Source: Eledone cirrhosa (taxonomy: Eukaryota). Taken from it: 64,000 nucleotides of DNA. The stretch covers positions 48,174,001 through 48,238,000 of the forward strand of contig OZ024740.1 of assembly GCA_964016885.1 (NCBI GenBank), given 5' to 3'. The position numbers and the translations under genes are program-made. Numbering within the stretch: the stretch's first letter is position 1; each line of letters opens with the position of its first letter. The notes beneath the pieces were generated by a model. The model searched no databases. It was not told where the DNA came from and saw only the letters and a list, made by a program, of their open reading frames with translations. Below, in pieces: positions 1 to 12,190 of the stretch.

Positions 1-619
1 GAGTTCCAGAAATTCAAAAGTGTTTCTCTGACACAGGATTCCATCAGTTTGGCGATGCAACTAGTAAGACTGACTAGACGATAGTTCACAGGTGATGTGC
101 GGTCACTTTTTTTTAACAGAGGAATGACACTGGCAGTTTTCCACTGTTCTGGAGTAGCACCATTGTTCAGACAGAATTAGATGAAGCATGATAGCTGGTG
201 CAGAAGGACCACGTTTGAGAAGCAGGTACGTAACACCTTCAAGACCAGGAGAGGCATGGTTCCATTTATTTTTAAGGTGACGTCGCAGCATTGCAGGTGT
301 AAATTCCATAGTTGTAATAGAATCCGGTGTCATAGGTGATGGAGATGTTACACTCTGGTCTTCAATAGTGAAAATGAGTGCATAGCATTCAGCAATGAGC
401 TCTGCGCATTCTTTGGGGTCGTCAGTAACCTGGCTTGTGTGAGGATTGCGAAGAGGACCAACTGGAGAGTGAGGCCTCTGTTTTGAGTGAACATACTTCC
501 AGAACACCTTACTGTCAGGGCTGGTTGCTATGCGCTGCTCAAATTGAAGCACTGCCTTTTTTGTTTGAGATGGTTGGATGATTTATTTCGCCGCCTCCTA
601 TTGATATCTGATTTATGCA
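1..619 (-). mobile_element. CR1-clade LINE ORF2 fragment, same family as the element at 38816-44270; runs off the window start
   Basis: Reverse complement closely matches ~42320-42955. ORF 103..552 reproduces LQFEQRIATSPDSKVFWKYV...EGVTYLLLKRG, then is lost by deletion/frameshift. Confidence 0.93.
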
Positions 620-1456
620 GGATAGCTGCTGTGCAACAACTAATTTTACTTGAACACCTGCCACAAGAAATAGCCAGTTTATCTAGTTGGTAATTTAACA
701 TTACATATCCACAATTATCTTGCCTTGTCTTCTATTATAATTCAATTTATACCTAAGATGCATTGTAGGAATAAAAATCAATCCCATTCTTTGACTGGTA
801 CTTTTTATATCGACATTGGAAAAATGAAAGACTAAGTAGGATTTTAACTCAAAACATAGAAAACCATACTAAACATCCCTAATCATTGATACTCTAACAA
901 TTCTGTTGATTTTAACAGCATTTGATCTTGTCATTTATTTTCATGGCAAAAAAATACATTGTTATTGAATTTTGCATTAATAAGAAGGTTACAAAATTGT
1001 AAAAGGGGAATATTGTTGGACAATTTCAACCTGATAATTATTCTAAGAACCTCACAAAGGCAACTCTTTAAGAACTACTTATTAAAATACTATACTCTAC
1101 TATTTTTTCCTTTCCATCACCCTCTACTTTAACTTTTAACATCCTGCCTTGATCATCACCTAACTCCTCCATCTTTGATCTCTCACTATAGGGATATGTC
1201 CTGATTTTTTAGTCTGTCCCCTTCCCAAGAAGGCCAGCCCATCTGATCCTGCTTCATTCACTTCCAACACTTCAAAGGTGAATGGGATGGCCATTAACAA
1301 CAGCCTTTCTTAAAGCCAGATCTACCAGATATCTGCTCTCCTATGTGGTTTCTTATTCTTAAAAAAAACAATTGTAAAAACACTTGTTATACTGGATATG
1401 AAAAAAATATTTAACCATGTCTGACATGTAAATCTGGCAAAAAATTCCACTTAGGA

Positions 1457-1755
1457 CAGTGGTTCCCAAAATCTCAAAAATTGTTATGCCCACCTTTGAT
1501 ATGAAAACAACGATGATCAACTGCAAAGTGTAAACAAATTAGCATACAAGTGGTGCTAGATGCACAATAACATGTGTGGAGGAGATGAAATAGAAGTTTC
1601 TGACAGTAATGTGTACTAAAGTTGTCTTGATGTAAAAGTAATAAGGTAAAACCTGACGTTTGTTCTCATTAACATCATTTTCAAATCCCCCTCCCTATCA
1701 CTTAAATATTCAAATTGCTCTCTGTGGGGCATGCCCTCCACGTTGGGAATCCCTA
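1457..1755. mobile_element. Degenerate hAT-like MITE
   Basis: Starts CAGTGGTTCCCAAA and ends TTGGGAATCCCT (imperfect TIR). No clear TSD. Confidence 0.4.
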
Positions 1756-3005
1756 ACTTAGGAGCTCTATTCATCTCTCATTTGGGGAACTGATTGCTTT
1801 CCATTAGATCCCACTATAACAGCAGGGCTAGATCAAGTCATTTTGAGACCCTAAGCACTTAAAAGATTATGGTATCCCCCAACCACACCCCATATATAGT
1901 TTTTGAAAAATGTTTTTTTTTTTAATGTCAAATACATTTAATTTGAATAAAATGGTGCCCCCTCTTCCCTTGATGTCGTAAGCATATGCTTATTTTGCTT
2001 AATGGTTAATCCAGCATGTGTTGATAAAGCTTTTTCTGACCTACACTCTTAACTTACATGTTTCCCACCCTTCTATGCATCAATGACCTTCATGCCATCA
2101 CCTCTAACAATACCTACTGCTACACAGATGATGACACCAGTCCTCCTTAACTTTCTACATCCAAGCATTATCTACATGCAATCCAGACGCCTCATATAAA
2201 ATTTGCACTGAACTTATGAACAAGAGACCTTAAAACTATCTTCTAATAGAGCTATACCAATCATTTTCCCTTCAACCGCACATAAACACCAATCTCTACA
2301 TATATCAAGAAAGCACTATTACACCCTGCCCTAATAATGATAATAATAATAATAATGGGTAAGAGATTGTGGTTGTTGATTAGTACCAGCTCAGCTCTGA
2401 TTAAGCATCCTTCTAATCAAAAAAGCACTCAAGTCGTGGGCATCTCATCTTTTGTTTTTCATACATAGTGAAATATCATGTTCAACCCCTACATACAAGC
2501 ATGAAAATTATCACATGCTCCAAAATGTTTCCCCCTGTCCCATAATGCTACTTCTATAACAAAAGCACTTTGTCTACACCTCCCACGTCTTAACACTCCA
2601 CCCTTCACCAGCTAAGTACCCCATCTTAGACCTACCTCTCCAATCCCCATCCTGCACCACACCCTCTCTCTTCTAACCTACTACATCTAATGCACCTCTC
2701 TTGTCAACTTAAGGGTAGAAGCACAGAAACTGGACACGCTTCCCCACAATGCTACCAAAATAGCTAAAAGCTCCCAGTCCACTCTGTAAGGTGCTTGCGC
2801 TGGTGACACAAAAGTCTTTAGTCCAATACATAACGTGCTCATGATGGAGAAAGAGCACCCAGTCCATCTTGTAAAGTGGTCGTGTCGGTGACATGACAAA
2901 AAGGCTCAATCCACCCTGTAAAGTGTTCGTAATGGTGACATGAGAAAAAGCACCCTATCAAAGCATCTATTATACAACTTTAAACGATATATAAAAAATG
3001 GGTAT

Positions 3006-3655
3006 GGGTCATTCCATGTCAAATCACCCAGAGGGTCCCAGGTCACCCCCTCAGATCCTCCTGAAAAAATTTATACTAGCTTCTGTACCTTTATGATAGA
3101 AAAATACCAAGTATTAGGTCAATATCTTTGATAGTTTTGAAATTGTTGGCCTTTGAATAATTAATTAACTATACTTTTTTTTTCCGAACACGCCCCTCCG
3201 ACCAAATTGAGACAGCTATTTCTCCTTTAATAAGGTAAGCATAACTTTGAAATCATGTGTTTGGGGCTAACTTTTTCTGTATAGTTCAAATATCAAATCA
3301 AGTGTATCTTGTATATTTTTCCATCCACATGCCTCTGAAAATTGCCAAGAATTAAACGTACAGCAATTTTATGCCTCTTTTAGGTATTTTTATCTCAATA
3401 GGTACACTAGATAAAGCAACCACAAATGTTTTCCTGTTACTTAGCGTATAGTAGACCATTTCTGAGCAGTAACCATATTAGTTACTATCATGAGAGTGTC
3501 AGAATAATTTTTTGAAATATGTGCGATTTCAAAATTTCTCAAAAAATGCCCATTTTGATGCCCTTAGTTGACCATGTGGGCAGTTTTTTCAGGGGCATCT
3601 GAGAGGGTGACCTGGGAAATTTTTCTGAAACTAGGTGATTTGATATGGAATAATC
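3006..3655. mobile_element. Non-autonomous DNA transposon (MITE) with ~50 bp imperfect TIRs
   Basis: Left end GGGTCATTCCATGTCAAATCACCCA...TCCCAGGTCACCCCCTCAGAT. Right end reverse complement GATTATTCCATATCAAATCACCTA...TCCCAGGTCACCCTCTCAGAT. Confidence 0.75.
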
Positions 3656-3663
3656 AATTGACC

Positions 3664-3695
<32 letters not shown>

Positions 3696-4029
3696 AAAAT
3701 ATTGTTCAAGGGAGGTAACTCATACCAATCTGCTCGCATTGTATTGAAACATTGTTCCTTTTTTAATTTTATAGATGAAATTATTCTTTTTTATCTTTGC
3801 CTTTTTACTTCTCCCCACTCCATCCACCACCACCCCTACACGCCCCACACCCTTCCACCACTTGTTTATCTTCATGTTTATTTTTATTTTTATTATTATT
3901 TTTTCATATTTTTTTCATATTTATTTTCATTTGTACCACTTCCACCGTTTCATCTCACCCCTCTTTTCTAAATGTCTCTCCCCCACTCCCCTACACACCC
4001 TTGGAACTCTCTTCCCACACACTTTTCGC

Positions 4030-4055
4030 CTGAAGAAGGGCTTATGCCCGAAACG
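4030..4055 (+). ncRNA. Hammerhead ribozyme core, partial (Penelope-type)
   Basis: CTGAAGA-A-GGGC-TTAT-GCCC-GAAACG with AATAAA ~40 nt downstream. Helix I/III closure and NUH site are not convincing. Confidence 0.55.
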
Positions 4056-4490
4056 CCCCCCCACCCCACTCCCACTCTCAAGAGCGTGAAACTAATAAAC
4101 CTTTGTTCGTACTGCCTCTCTGTTTTGTTCCCGTTTCATTTTTCACTATATATATATATATATATATATATGATAATAATGGAGCTGCGGCGTTGCAAAT
4201 GGGTTACATATGAAAAAGTAAGTCCTTCATCAGTGACCCTCCAACCGTCCTAGGCATTTCATCGCTTTAAGGGCCATATACCTCAGGTTGGTGCGAACAA
4301 CGGCTAAAAAAAGTCGTTGGGACACGTAAATAAAGGGGACGCTAGGGTAAACAAACAAAATGGTTTAAGCAACAGAAAGTGAGAAGAAAGAGACAAGTCC
4401 CAATATATATATATATATATGTCAAGGGCGGTGCCCCAGCATGGCCTCAGCCGGATGGCTGAAACAGGTAAAAAAGTAAAAGAGAAAAGG

Positions 4491-4991
4491 AGTATAAAAG
4501 AGAAAACACAGGTAAGCATTAAGAGAAGGATTTTATCCAGGTATTTACTACCGTTTCATTGGTCAGTGCAACCTTATATTGCTATACTGCAAATAGCAGC
4601 CACTCAATGATAATTGTTGTTCACGTCCAAATTTTCAAAATAGTGAGTAAGTTAATCTTGAAATAGTTCTTAATATATAGAGAAAAATTTTTTGGGGGAA
4701 TTGTATTTACTAGTATATATACTATTCCGTTTGTCCCCCCACTTTCTAATTCCTCTTCCTCTCTCTCTATACTAGTAAATACAATTCCCCCCAAAAATGT
4801 TTCTCTATATATTAAGAACTATTTCAAGAGTAACTTACTCACTATTTTGAAAATTTGGACGTGAACAATTATCATTGAGTAGCTGCTATTTGCAGTATAG
4901 CAATATAAGGTTGCACTGACCAATGAAACGGTCATAAATACGTGGATAAAATCCTTCTCTTAATGCTTACCTGTGTTTTCTCTTTTATACT
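4491..4991. repeat. ~225 bp near-perfect inverted repeat with ~50 bp spacer
   Basis: 4491-4716 (AGTATAAAAGAGAAAACACAGGTAAGC...TTTACTAGTATA) is the reverse complement of ~4768-4991, with few mismatches. Confidence 0.93.
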
Positions 4992-5118
4992 TTATACTCC
5001 AAGATTGAACGGAATTCTTACAAACTTGTGGAGTTACCCCTAACCGTACGTTGAAACCGTCCATGAAACTGGCTTTCTTAACCACGAACTGGATCACAAT
5101 AAGCAATTTTCTGCTTCC

Positions 5119-5123
<5 letters not shown>

Positions 5124-5189
<66 letters not shown>

Positions 5190-5220
5190 TATTATATATA
5201 TGTATATATATACATACATG

Positions 5221-5290
<70 letters not shown>

Positions 5291-5301
5291 TGTGTGTGTG
5301 T
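5124..5301. repeat. (TA)n/(TG)n compound microsatellite; similar tracts at ~5526-5614, 10347-10396, 28640-28775, 30497-30650
   Basis: Directly visible dinucleotide runs. Confidence 0.98.
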
Positions 5302-5389
5302 AAAAGGTAAACACAAATAATAACACAATCGGTACAGTATATGGAAGGTATATATTTAGGTTAACACTTGATATAGCAGGAAGAGGGTA

Positions 5390-5422
5390 TTAATGTTTCG
5401 GACGTTAGTCCTTCATCAGAAG
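5390..5422 (-). ncRNA. Minimal hammerhead ribozyme motif, probably degenerate
   Basis: Minus strand TT-CTGATGA-A-GGAC-TAAC-GTCC-GAAAC-ATT-AA. Helix II is intact. The helix III palindrome looks mutated (ACGT to ACAT). Confidence 0.55.
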
Positions 5423-5535
5423 AAAGAATGAGAAATAAAATAGATTGAGGCGACGGGCGGGATGGAATTGGAAAAAAAAGTCTTTAGATAAAAATAACAG
5501 GTCCATTCATGTTGACATCTCTTGCACACACACAT

Positions 5536-5618
<83 letters not shown>

Positions 5619-5710
5619 AAAGTTCTATTTAAAGTTGTTACAGCCTCCAAAAGTAATGGTTGTATTTTAAAGGGTACGTCAAACCTATTTGTAAAACTGT
5701 TATATATTGT

Positions 5711-5773
5711 ATTTTGTCTGATGAAGGCATACCATAATTTAATGTGGTATCCCTGAAATATGTATAATGAAAT
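5711..5773 (+). ncRNA. Type I hammerhead ribozyme motif
   Basis: Helix I ATTTTGT/ATGAAAT (2 G.U). Core CTGATGA. Helix II AGGCATACCATA/TGTGGTATCCCT (1 mismatch). GAAA, short helix III (ATA-TG-TAT), AUA site. AATAAA overlaps the 3' end. Confidence 0.7.
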
Positions 5774-5960
5774 AAATATGGTTTTATAAAGATAGTTTCC
5801 ATTTATTAATATCGTATATATATATATATATATGAATGTATGAATAGTATATTTGGCAATATACCGTATGTTTAATTAAAAACATTTAGAAGACAATATG
5901 CTATCAGATTTAAAGTAGTGACTATGTTACTTACTTCTTTTCGACGAAAGAAGGGAGAGA

Positions 5961-6002
5961 AGCTGACAGTCTGTTTCACGCTGATTGGCGTTCATCAGAG
6001 CC
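5961..6002 (-). ncRNA. Type I minimal hammerhead ribozyme, all core positions intact
   Basis: Minus strand GGCT-CTGATGA-ACGC-CAATCA-GCGT-GAAACAG-A-CTGTC-AGCT. Helices I, II and III pair and the cleavage triplet is GUC. Confidence 0.85.
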
Positions 6003-6346
6003 ACGTACTACCCTGCTTTCGCCGAAAATTATAGAAGCTGGATTCTTATAGAATTCCAGTAATAATCAGGAGCTGATTATATATATATATATATGTGTGT
6101 GTGTGTGGCGGGGGGGGGGGGGGATGCATACATTTATATTTATGAGTATATAAATATAAACGTGCAAACAGAGACACGCTTTCCTTTCCTTTTACACACA
6201 CATACATTCACACAGGCAGCAGATGTAAAGAGAGAGGAGTAGTATGAGGTAGTCAAACTACTCCTCTCTCTTTACGTGTTGAGACAGAATCGCAGAAATT
6301 TATATATAGATTGGTCTTTATGTAAGAGTTTTAAGCACCTCATCAT

Positions 6347-6704
6347 TTAACCTTTTCATGACCACATGAAACACACTCTATTTTAATTAATTAATTGTTT
6401 CTACTTTAGGCACAAGGCCAGCAATTACCCAGTGCATTACTGGTACTTTATTTTATCGACCCCGTAAGGATGAAAGGCAAAGTCAACCTCGGCGGGATTT
6501 GAACTTTTTAATTAATTAATGAAGAATTTTGAGAGATTTACTAACGTTATTAATTATTTCATTAGTAAGATAGTAACTTAATGTAGAGTTCTTATATAAA
6601 ATTATGTTGGAAGATTTTTATTTAAATTGGAAACCTTTAAAATGGTTGAGTTTATTTCATAGAACCAGAGCCGGTTTTGGTCGGGTTGGTAACTAAAAGG
6701 TAAA
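6347..6704. mobile_element. piggyBac-like MITE interrupted by a SINE
   Basis: Ends TTAACCTTTT... and ...AAAAGGTAAA (TTAA-CC type termini, imperfect). Confidence 0.45.
6393..6505 (-). mobile_element. 5'-truncated tRNA-derived SINE (family of 49937-50120)
   Basis: Reverse complement of the GCCTTTCATCCTTACGGGGTCGATAAAATAAAGTACCAG core. Flanked by duplicated TTTTAATTAATTAAT. Confidence 0.88.
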
Positions 6705-8339
6705 GAAATATTTATTTTCGTATGGAAGTTTTCTTGTTCTAGACACTCATTAACATTTGATTATTTATGGGAAATATGTTCTCAACAATAAGGACGTAAG
6801 AGTATAGGCAAAATGAATTGATTTGTGTGTCACATGAGACAATGAAAAGTGTTGCCAATAGGAACAGCATCCAGTCATAAAACATTGTATTGTTCTCACT
6901 ATTGCTCCGTTAGAAGAGCAGAGAACTGTAAGAGTGAGTGTATATATATAAAGTATATGAATAATCAATATTTTCTAAAGTCTTCAGATACTAAGATGTC
7001 AAAGTTTATTAATTTATTAGTCAAGCTTTGTGTTTTACCCTTCGTTCTCTCTCAAGGTTGGTAAAATAGGTATGAGAATATGATGCTGGAGTAGATTCAG
7101 TTGAGTGCCTTGCCATCTTACCATAAACTTACCATTACTTATAACACAGAAACCCATATTTCTCTATATGCAAGTATAATTGTCATTTAAGGTCGATGTT
7201 TCTTCTAATGCATGTGAATTAACCAGATGGTTATTGATACATAGAAATTTGAATAAAATAACATAAATTTTATAATAGCTGCTGATTTTAGCTTTGAATT
7301 GTTAAAACTATGTGAGATGTTTTAATAAATTGAAACTGATAGGAGAATTGAACTGAAAAAAATGTTACATTACTTGTTCTGAAATTAAAACTTTAACCAA
7401 AATTCCAATAAAAATTCTCAAGCACCCAAATTTCTGTTATTAGTAGGACAATTTCTTTTAACCTTAAAAATTACATGCTTTTAACCTTATTTTCATTTTT
7501 TTTTAACCTTATTTTGTAACTTTAGTGATAGATTTTAACCCCATTTTAACCTTAGATTTGATTACTTTATGATATATTATCAAAATAATTTAAAAGATAA
7601 CTATTGTGGAAATTGATTATAGTACTATGGGATATAATGCTTTATATTTGAAAGCAAAAAATTCCTATCTTTTGCACGGATTTTTTTCAGCATCAAAAAA
7701 TTGCATTCCACAGCTGTTGACTCGGCTTTCACAGCCAAGTCTTTCAGCTATGATAGTTTGAATAGATTTGGGTGAGGTTAGTCCTGATCTCAAGATTCCA
7801 CATAACTTCTTTCACTCTCTGCACCAAAATACCTTCATCCTCAAAACTCTCAACAAGTTCTGTAACTTCTACAAGGAGGCAAAAGTAGCATAAATAAAAT
7901 TTTTAAAAAGTAGTGAAAAACAAGGTCAGCTATAAAGAAACTGTTGAGTATTTTCGTAGTCTCCAATAATACATGAAAATCGTGAAGGAGATCAACACCG
8001 TTTTACTCCTATTGATACACCTATGTCTACATCTGACAGTCCCAACTCTACAATTAAGAATCCCAAACGTGTACTACTTTGTAGATCAATAAGCATTTGT
8101 AAATCAACTGAACTTTTAAATTTGTAAATTCATTTTTTATAAGTTACTAGCAGAATGGCCCGGCGTTGTTCGGGATTCTAAACATAGATTGGCATGTTTA
8201 TCCCTCCTTTCTGAAACAGTACAGAATACCTCGGCCTCGGGATGGTGTCTACATTCTGTGTTTATAAAAAAAATTCGTCGTAGATTACCAGGGGTTTAAC
8301 TTAATTGGGTGCCTGAGAGTAAAATGTTCAACCCACGAA

Positions 8340-8599
8340 AGCCAAGCACCAGCACTCCGACGACGTTGTCGCTGGTCTTCTGTCTGGGCAGCTCATGCAG
8401 CAGAAGTTGATGTAGCATCAGCGGTTCGGCGAATGGTTCGTTGGTTGTATGTTTCAAGTGCTCTTCTGGTGTCAGTACGTTCAGCATCTTGCGACCGTCG
8501 AATAGCAGATTCCACTGACGATTCGTTTGCCTGCCTTGTTCTTTTTCTTGTCGCTTTCGCAGTATTTCAGCCAATAGAGTATCTCTTCCTTCGAGGCAT
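8340..8599 (-). pseudogene. Probable Helitron RepHel N-terminal remnant with STPR-like repeats
   Basis: Manual translation from ATG at 8599: MPRRKRYSIG*NTAKATRKRTRQANESSVESAIRRSQDAERTDTRRALETYNQRTIRR... (ES/ET-x-x-x-R..D repeats, two stops). Confidence 0.6.
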
Positions 8600-8878
8600 G
8601 ACCTAAAAGCAGGACGAAGTACACTAAGATTAACTGGTAGAGTAAGGAGTAAACTCGTCAGTGATGCATGTGATTTCTGAACCGTTGACTATGTAATTGC
8701 TAGCCTTGTTTGTTTATATTTTGTTTTCGTGTATGCAAAAATATCTGTACACGAATATATATATTAAAATAACAGATTAAAGTTTAAGCAAAGAATCGCT
8801 GCTTTCACCCTTAACGGGATCTTCTGAAACTAAATAAATCAATCTGTGAACGCAGAAGTAAAAAAACGTTACACACTA

Positions 8879-10345
8879 TCTCTATATATATAAAACGGTA
8901 GATGTCTGTCTGTGTGTGTGTATTATTTTTATACATTTCCACATTTCTCTACCGATTTTGATGAATTTTTTTCCAATGTGCTCCAAATTTACCAACGATG
9001 GCCAACGCGTAATAAACTTTGCCAAAAATGTTCTGCTTCTATGAAAAAAATCGATAAAACTAAATACATGCTGTAACCCTCTCTCTCACACGCTTATTCA
9101 CTCTCTCTACTACCCAACAGCGACAAAACTTCGTTCAGGAACGCGATATAAACTTTGAAAACTAAGCAACACGTCATTTTATACAACAAACATAGTCATA
9201 ACGCTCTCTCCGTCGCTCTTCCCTCTCTCTATAATAGATCATTCCCCCTCTCTATAATTTAACTGCTTTACTCTCTTCATGCTTTGAGGTCTAACACACC
9301 TCCTTATAGTTTCTTAGCTTCACTCTCTCCGTCGCTCTTCCCTTTCTCTATAATAGATCATTCCCCCTCTCTATAATTTAACTGCTTTACTCTCTCTGTC
9401 GCTCTTCACTCTCTATATGACAACACTGTTTTACACACCTCCCTATAGTTTCTTAGCTTTACTCTCTCCGTCGCTCTTCTCTCTCTCTCTCTCTCTCTAT
9501 AATAGATTATTCCCCTCTCTATAATTTAACTGCTGGGGGTTTCATTGGAGTTCCGTATTGACATACGGCTTTTCTGGAGCATTTTAAATCGGCTTATTGC
9601 AAATAACAACCCGCAAAATAACACTTCAAATAACAGATTAATGCTATAGACATATGAATCGGAATGTTTAAATTATTTATTTTTTACGACTTTCATTGGT
9701 TGAATATTAACATGACAACACCCATAGTGTTGTACTTCTGGCAATTCTGCTGAATACACTGCCAAGGATGAACCTTTTCCCCTCGGTGTCAGATATCCCG
9801 TTCGATTTCCGGCGATCCCAATTCCCAGTGATTCCTGTTTTGCCATGTCCATTAACAAGTCACAAGGGCAAACATTGTCGCTGGCAGGCATCCATTTGGG
9901 GAAGCCATGCTTCTCCCATGGCCAACTTTATGTTGCCTGTTTCCGCGTAGGGAGCAGGAATGGACTTTTTGCTTACACTCCTCAAGGGATGACACGCAAT
10001 ATCGTCTACAAAGAGGTGCTATAGATGTTGGTGCAGGTGTTGGAGGTGTTGGAGCTATGTCGTCTGGAAAACTATTTCCTGGTAGGATCACCCATGGCGG
10101 ACAGATCTGACACCCAGTGGCATCAGGGCAACCATCTTGCAACTTTGGTCTGCTAAATTCACTATTGGAAGATTATTAACCCATCATTGATTGTCCAAAA
10201 TGCTAATTGGTTCGTAACGTTTAATAACGGTTCAACTGCTTTATGCACTTAATTAATAAGCTTATTCGCTTTCAAGCCACGTTTACATGTATGTCACTTT
10301 TCATAGCAAATGAACAAACCCGAGCAACGCCGGGCTAAACTGCTA

Positions 10346-10346
<1 letters not shown>
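8879..10346 (+). mobile_element. Non-autonomous Helitron family B with Pif1 helicase C-terminal remnant
   Basis: A|TCTCTATATATATAAAACGG ... CCCGAGCAACGCCGGG-CTAAACTG-CTAG|T. ~9800-10020 encodes frameshifted FRRSQFPV / FAMSINKSQGQTL..GIHLGKPCFSHGQLYVA. The paralogous empty site is at ~24171-24188. Confidence 0.92.
9203..9535 (+). repeat. Internal minisatellite of Helitron B (three ~120-140 bp related units)
   Basis: CTCTCTCCGTCGCTCTT...ATAATAGATCATTCCCCCTCTCTATAATTTAACTGC recurs three times. Confidence 0.88.
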
Positions 10347-10400
<54 letters not shown>

Positions 10401-10524
10401 CAAGAAATATATTTTAAAAAAATGGTCAAGTGATACACATAACTGTGACACTTAGTGCCTTCGTGGGCCCCTGATATATTCAAGAGATATCTCCTAAAAA
10501 AATATAGATCTTATCTCAATTCAC

Positions 10525-10596
10525 TTTATTTCATTTTATTTTATTTTATTTCATTTCATGTTATCTAATTTTATTTATTTACTTATTTAATTCCAT

Positions 10597-10643
<47 letters not shown>

Positions 10644-10644
10644 C

Positions 10645-10688
<44 letters not shown>

Positions 10689-10738
10689 ATTTAATTTTAA
10701 TTTTAATTTTAATTTTAATTTTATTTATTTATTTAATT

Positions 10739-10774
<36 letters not shown>

Positions 10775-11290
10775 TTTAATTACATTTAATTATATCTTAT
10801 ATTATATTATTTTAATTTAGTCTATTTTATTTTATTTTAGTTTACCTTATTTTATCTTATTTTATGATTATATTATATTATGTTCTATTTTATATAATTT
10901 TAATTTTAATTTTATATTATTTTATCTCATTCCTTACCCTGTATCACTATTATCTGTATATTTTATATTTTATATGTAAGTTTGTTATGTATTTCTTTAT
11001 ATTTTCTTATATATATTATAAGTCTGTTTTTCACCTATTTTTTACCTACTCTTACCTAATCCTATCTATCTTATCTACTCTTGTCTGTTCTCTTATCCAT
11101 GTGTATGCTTGTATGTAACTATATGTTGACAGCACCCCGCCCAACTGTGACTGATAGCACCCCTTATTTTTCATTGTTTATTTTATTATCTTATTTTTAT
11201 TTTTATTTTTATTTTTATTTTTATTCTTATTTCTACTTTTACTTTTACTTCCTTAATATCCTTTATCGTCTATTATTATTTTTCATTCTT
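10525..11290. repeat. (TTTA)n / T-rich low-complexity tract
   Basis: Long TTTA/TTTTA runs, visible directly. Confidence 0.92.
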
Positions 11291-11338
11291 CAATGTCTTG
11301 GATTTGTTATTGCTTGTATGGTATGTAATTAACCTTTA

Positions 11339-11384
11339 TGCTCTGATGAGTCCCACTTATAGTGCGGATGAAACAATGTTAGCA
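11339..11384 (+). ncRNA. Type I minimal hammerhead ribozyme motif
   Basis: TGCT-CTGATGA-GTCCCACT-TAT-AGTGCGGAT-GAAACA-A-TGTT-AGCA. Helix I TGCT/AGCA, bulged helix II, GUU site. Confidence 0.8.
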
Positions 11385-11971
11385 AGTAAAGATATGCATA
11401 TGCTATAGGCGTTCTTTGTTATTTATTATATATATATATATATACACTATATATATATACATATATACACATACACACAGATAGCGTCATAATGTCGTAA
11501 TGCAGACAGCCAGACACTATAAGACACCTTATAGCTATGTATCTATCTAAAAAGACAGACTAAGAAAAAGAGAGAGGGATATCGCTTTTTCATACAGACA
11601 GATATTATAAGGGTGCGACGTTATATCTATGTATCTATCTAAAAAGAAAGACTAAGAATTATAGAGAGAGATCGCTAAATCGCCTAATGCGGTCCCTAGG
11701 GCATTGAAAATTTGAAATGTTTTTTTCTCAAAACACTCACACGACCATAAGTATTACATGTGTAAAGTTTGAAAAAGATCGGTTGGGTGGTTCTCAAGTT
11801 TTAGGGAGTCAGGCAGACAGACACTCTCTGTTTTAGATATATAGACTAGCAGAATGGCCCGGCGTTGCTCAGGATTCTAAACATAGATTAGCATGTTTAT
11901 CCCTCCTTTCTGAAACAGTACAAAGAAGTACGGAATACCTCGGCCTCGGGATGGTGTATACATTTTGTGCT

Positions 11972-12106
11972 TATATAAAAATTCGTCGTAGATTACCAGG
12001 GTTTTTTTCCGTGCGAAGAAAATCAATACTTTATCGCGAAATAAATACTTTTGTTTATATTTTGTTATTGTGTATGCAAAAATATCTGTACACCAATATA
12101 TAATTA

Positions 12107-12190
<84 letters not shown>

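Larger units (their letters stand above)
8147..11845 (-). mobile_element. Non-autonomous Helitron family A, copy 1, with nested insertions
   Basis: Minus-strand 3' end CCCG..CGGG hairpin plus CTAG at 8147, followed by T. 5' end TCTATATATCTAAAAC at 11845. Segments 8147-8295, 8710-8878 and ~11470-11845 are colinear with copy 2. Confidence 0.85.

Noticed and set aside
4195-4240. Minus-strand CTGATGAAGGAC as a hammerhead
   Set aside because: No closing helix II strand and no GAAA.
5119-5756. ORFs with IYIY/HTHT runs (also 11877-12435, 12495-12786, 28403-28840, 30365-30679)
   Set aside because: Translations of microsatellites.
6225-6275. 19 bp perfect hairpin containing TGAGGTAGT (let-7 start)
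   Set aside because: Only 9 nt match and they lie in the loop, not the stem. More likely a repeat-derived hairpin.
7730-7900. Possible minus-strand host exon (EVTELVESFEDEGILVQRVKEV)
   Set aside because: An in-frame stop follows and there is no partner exon. Perhaps a decayed transposase, too weak to call.
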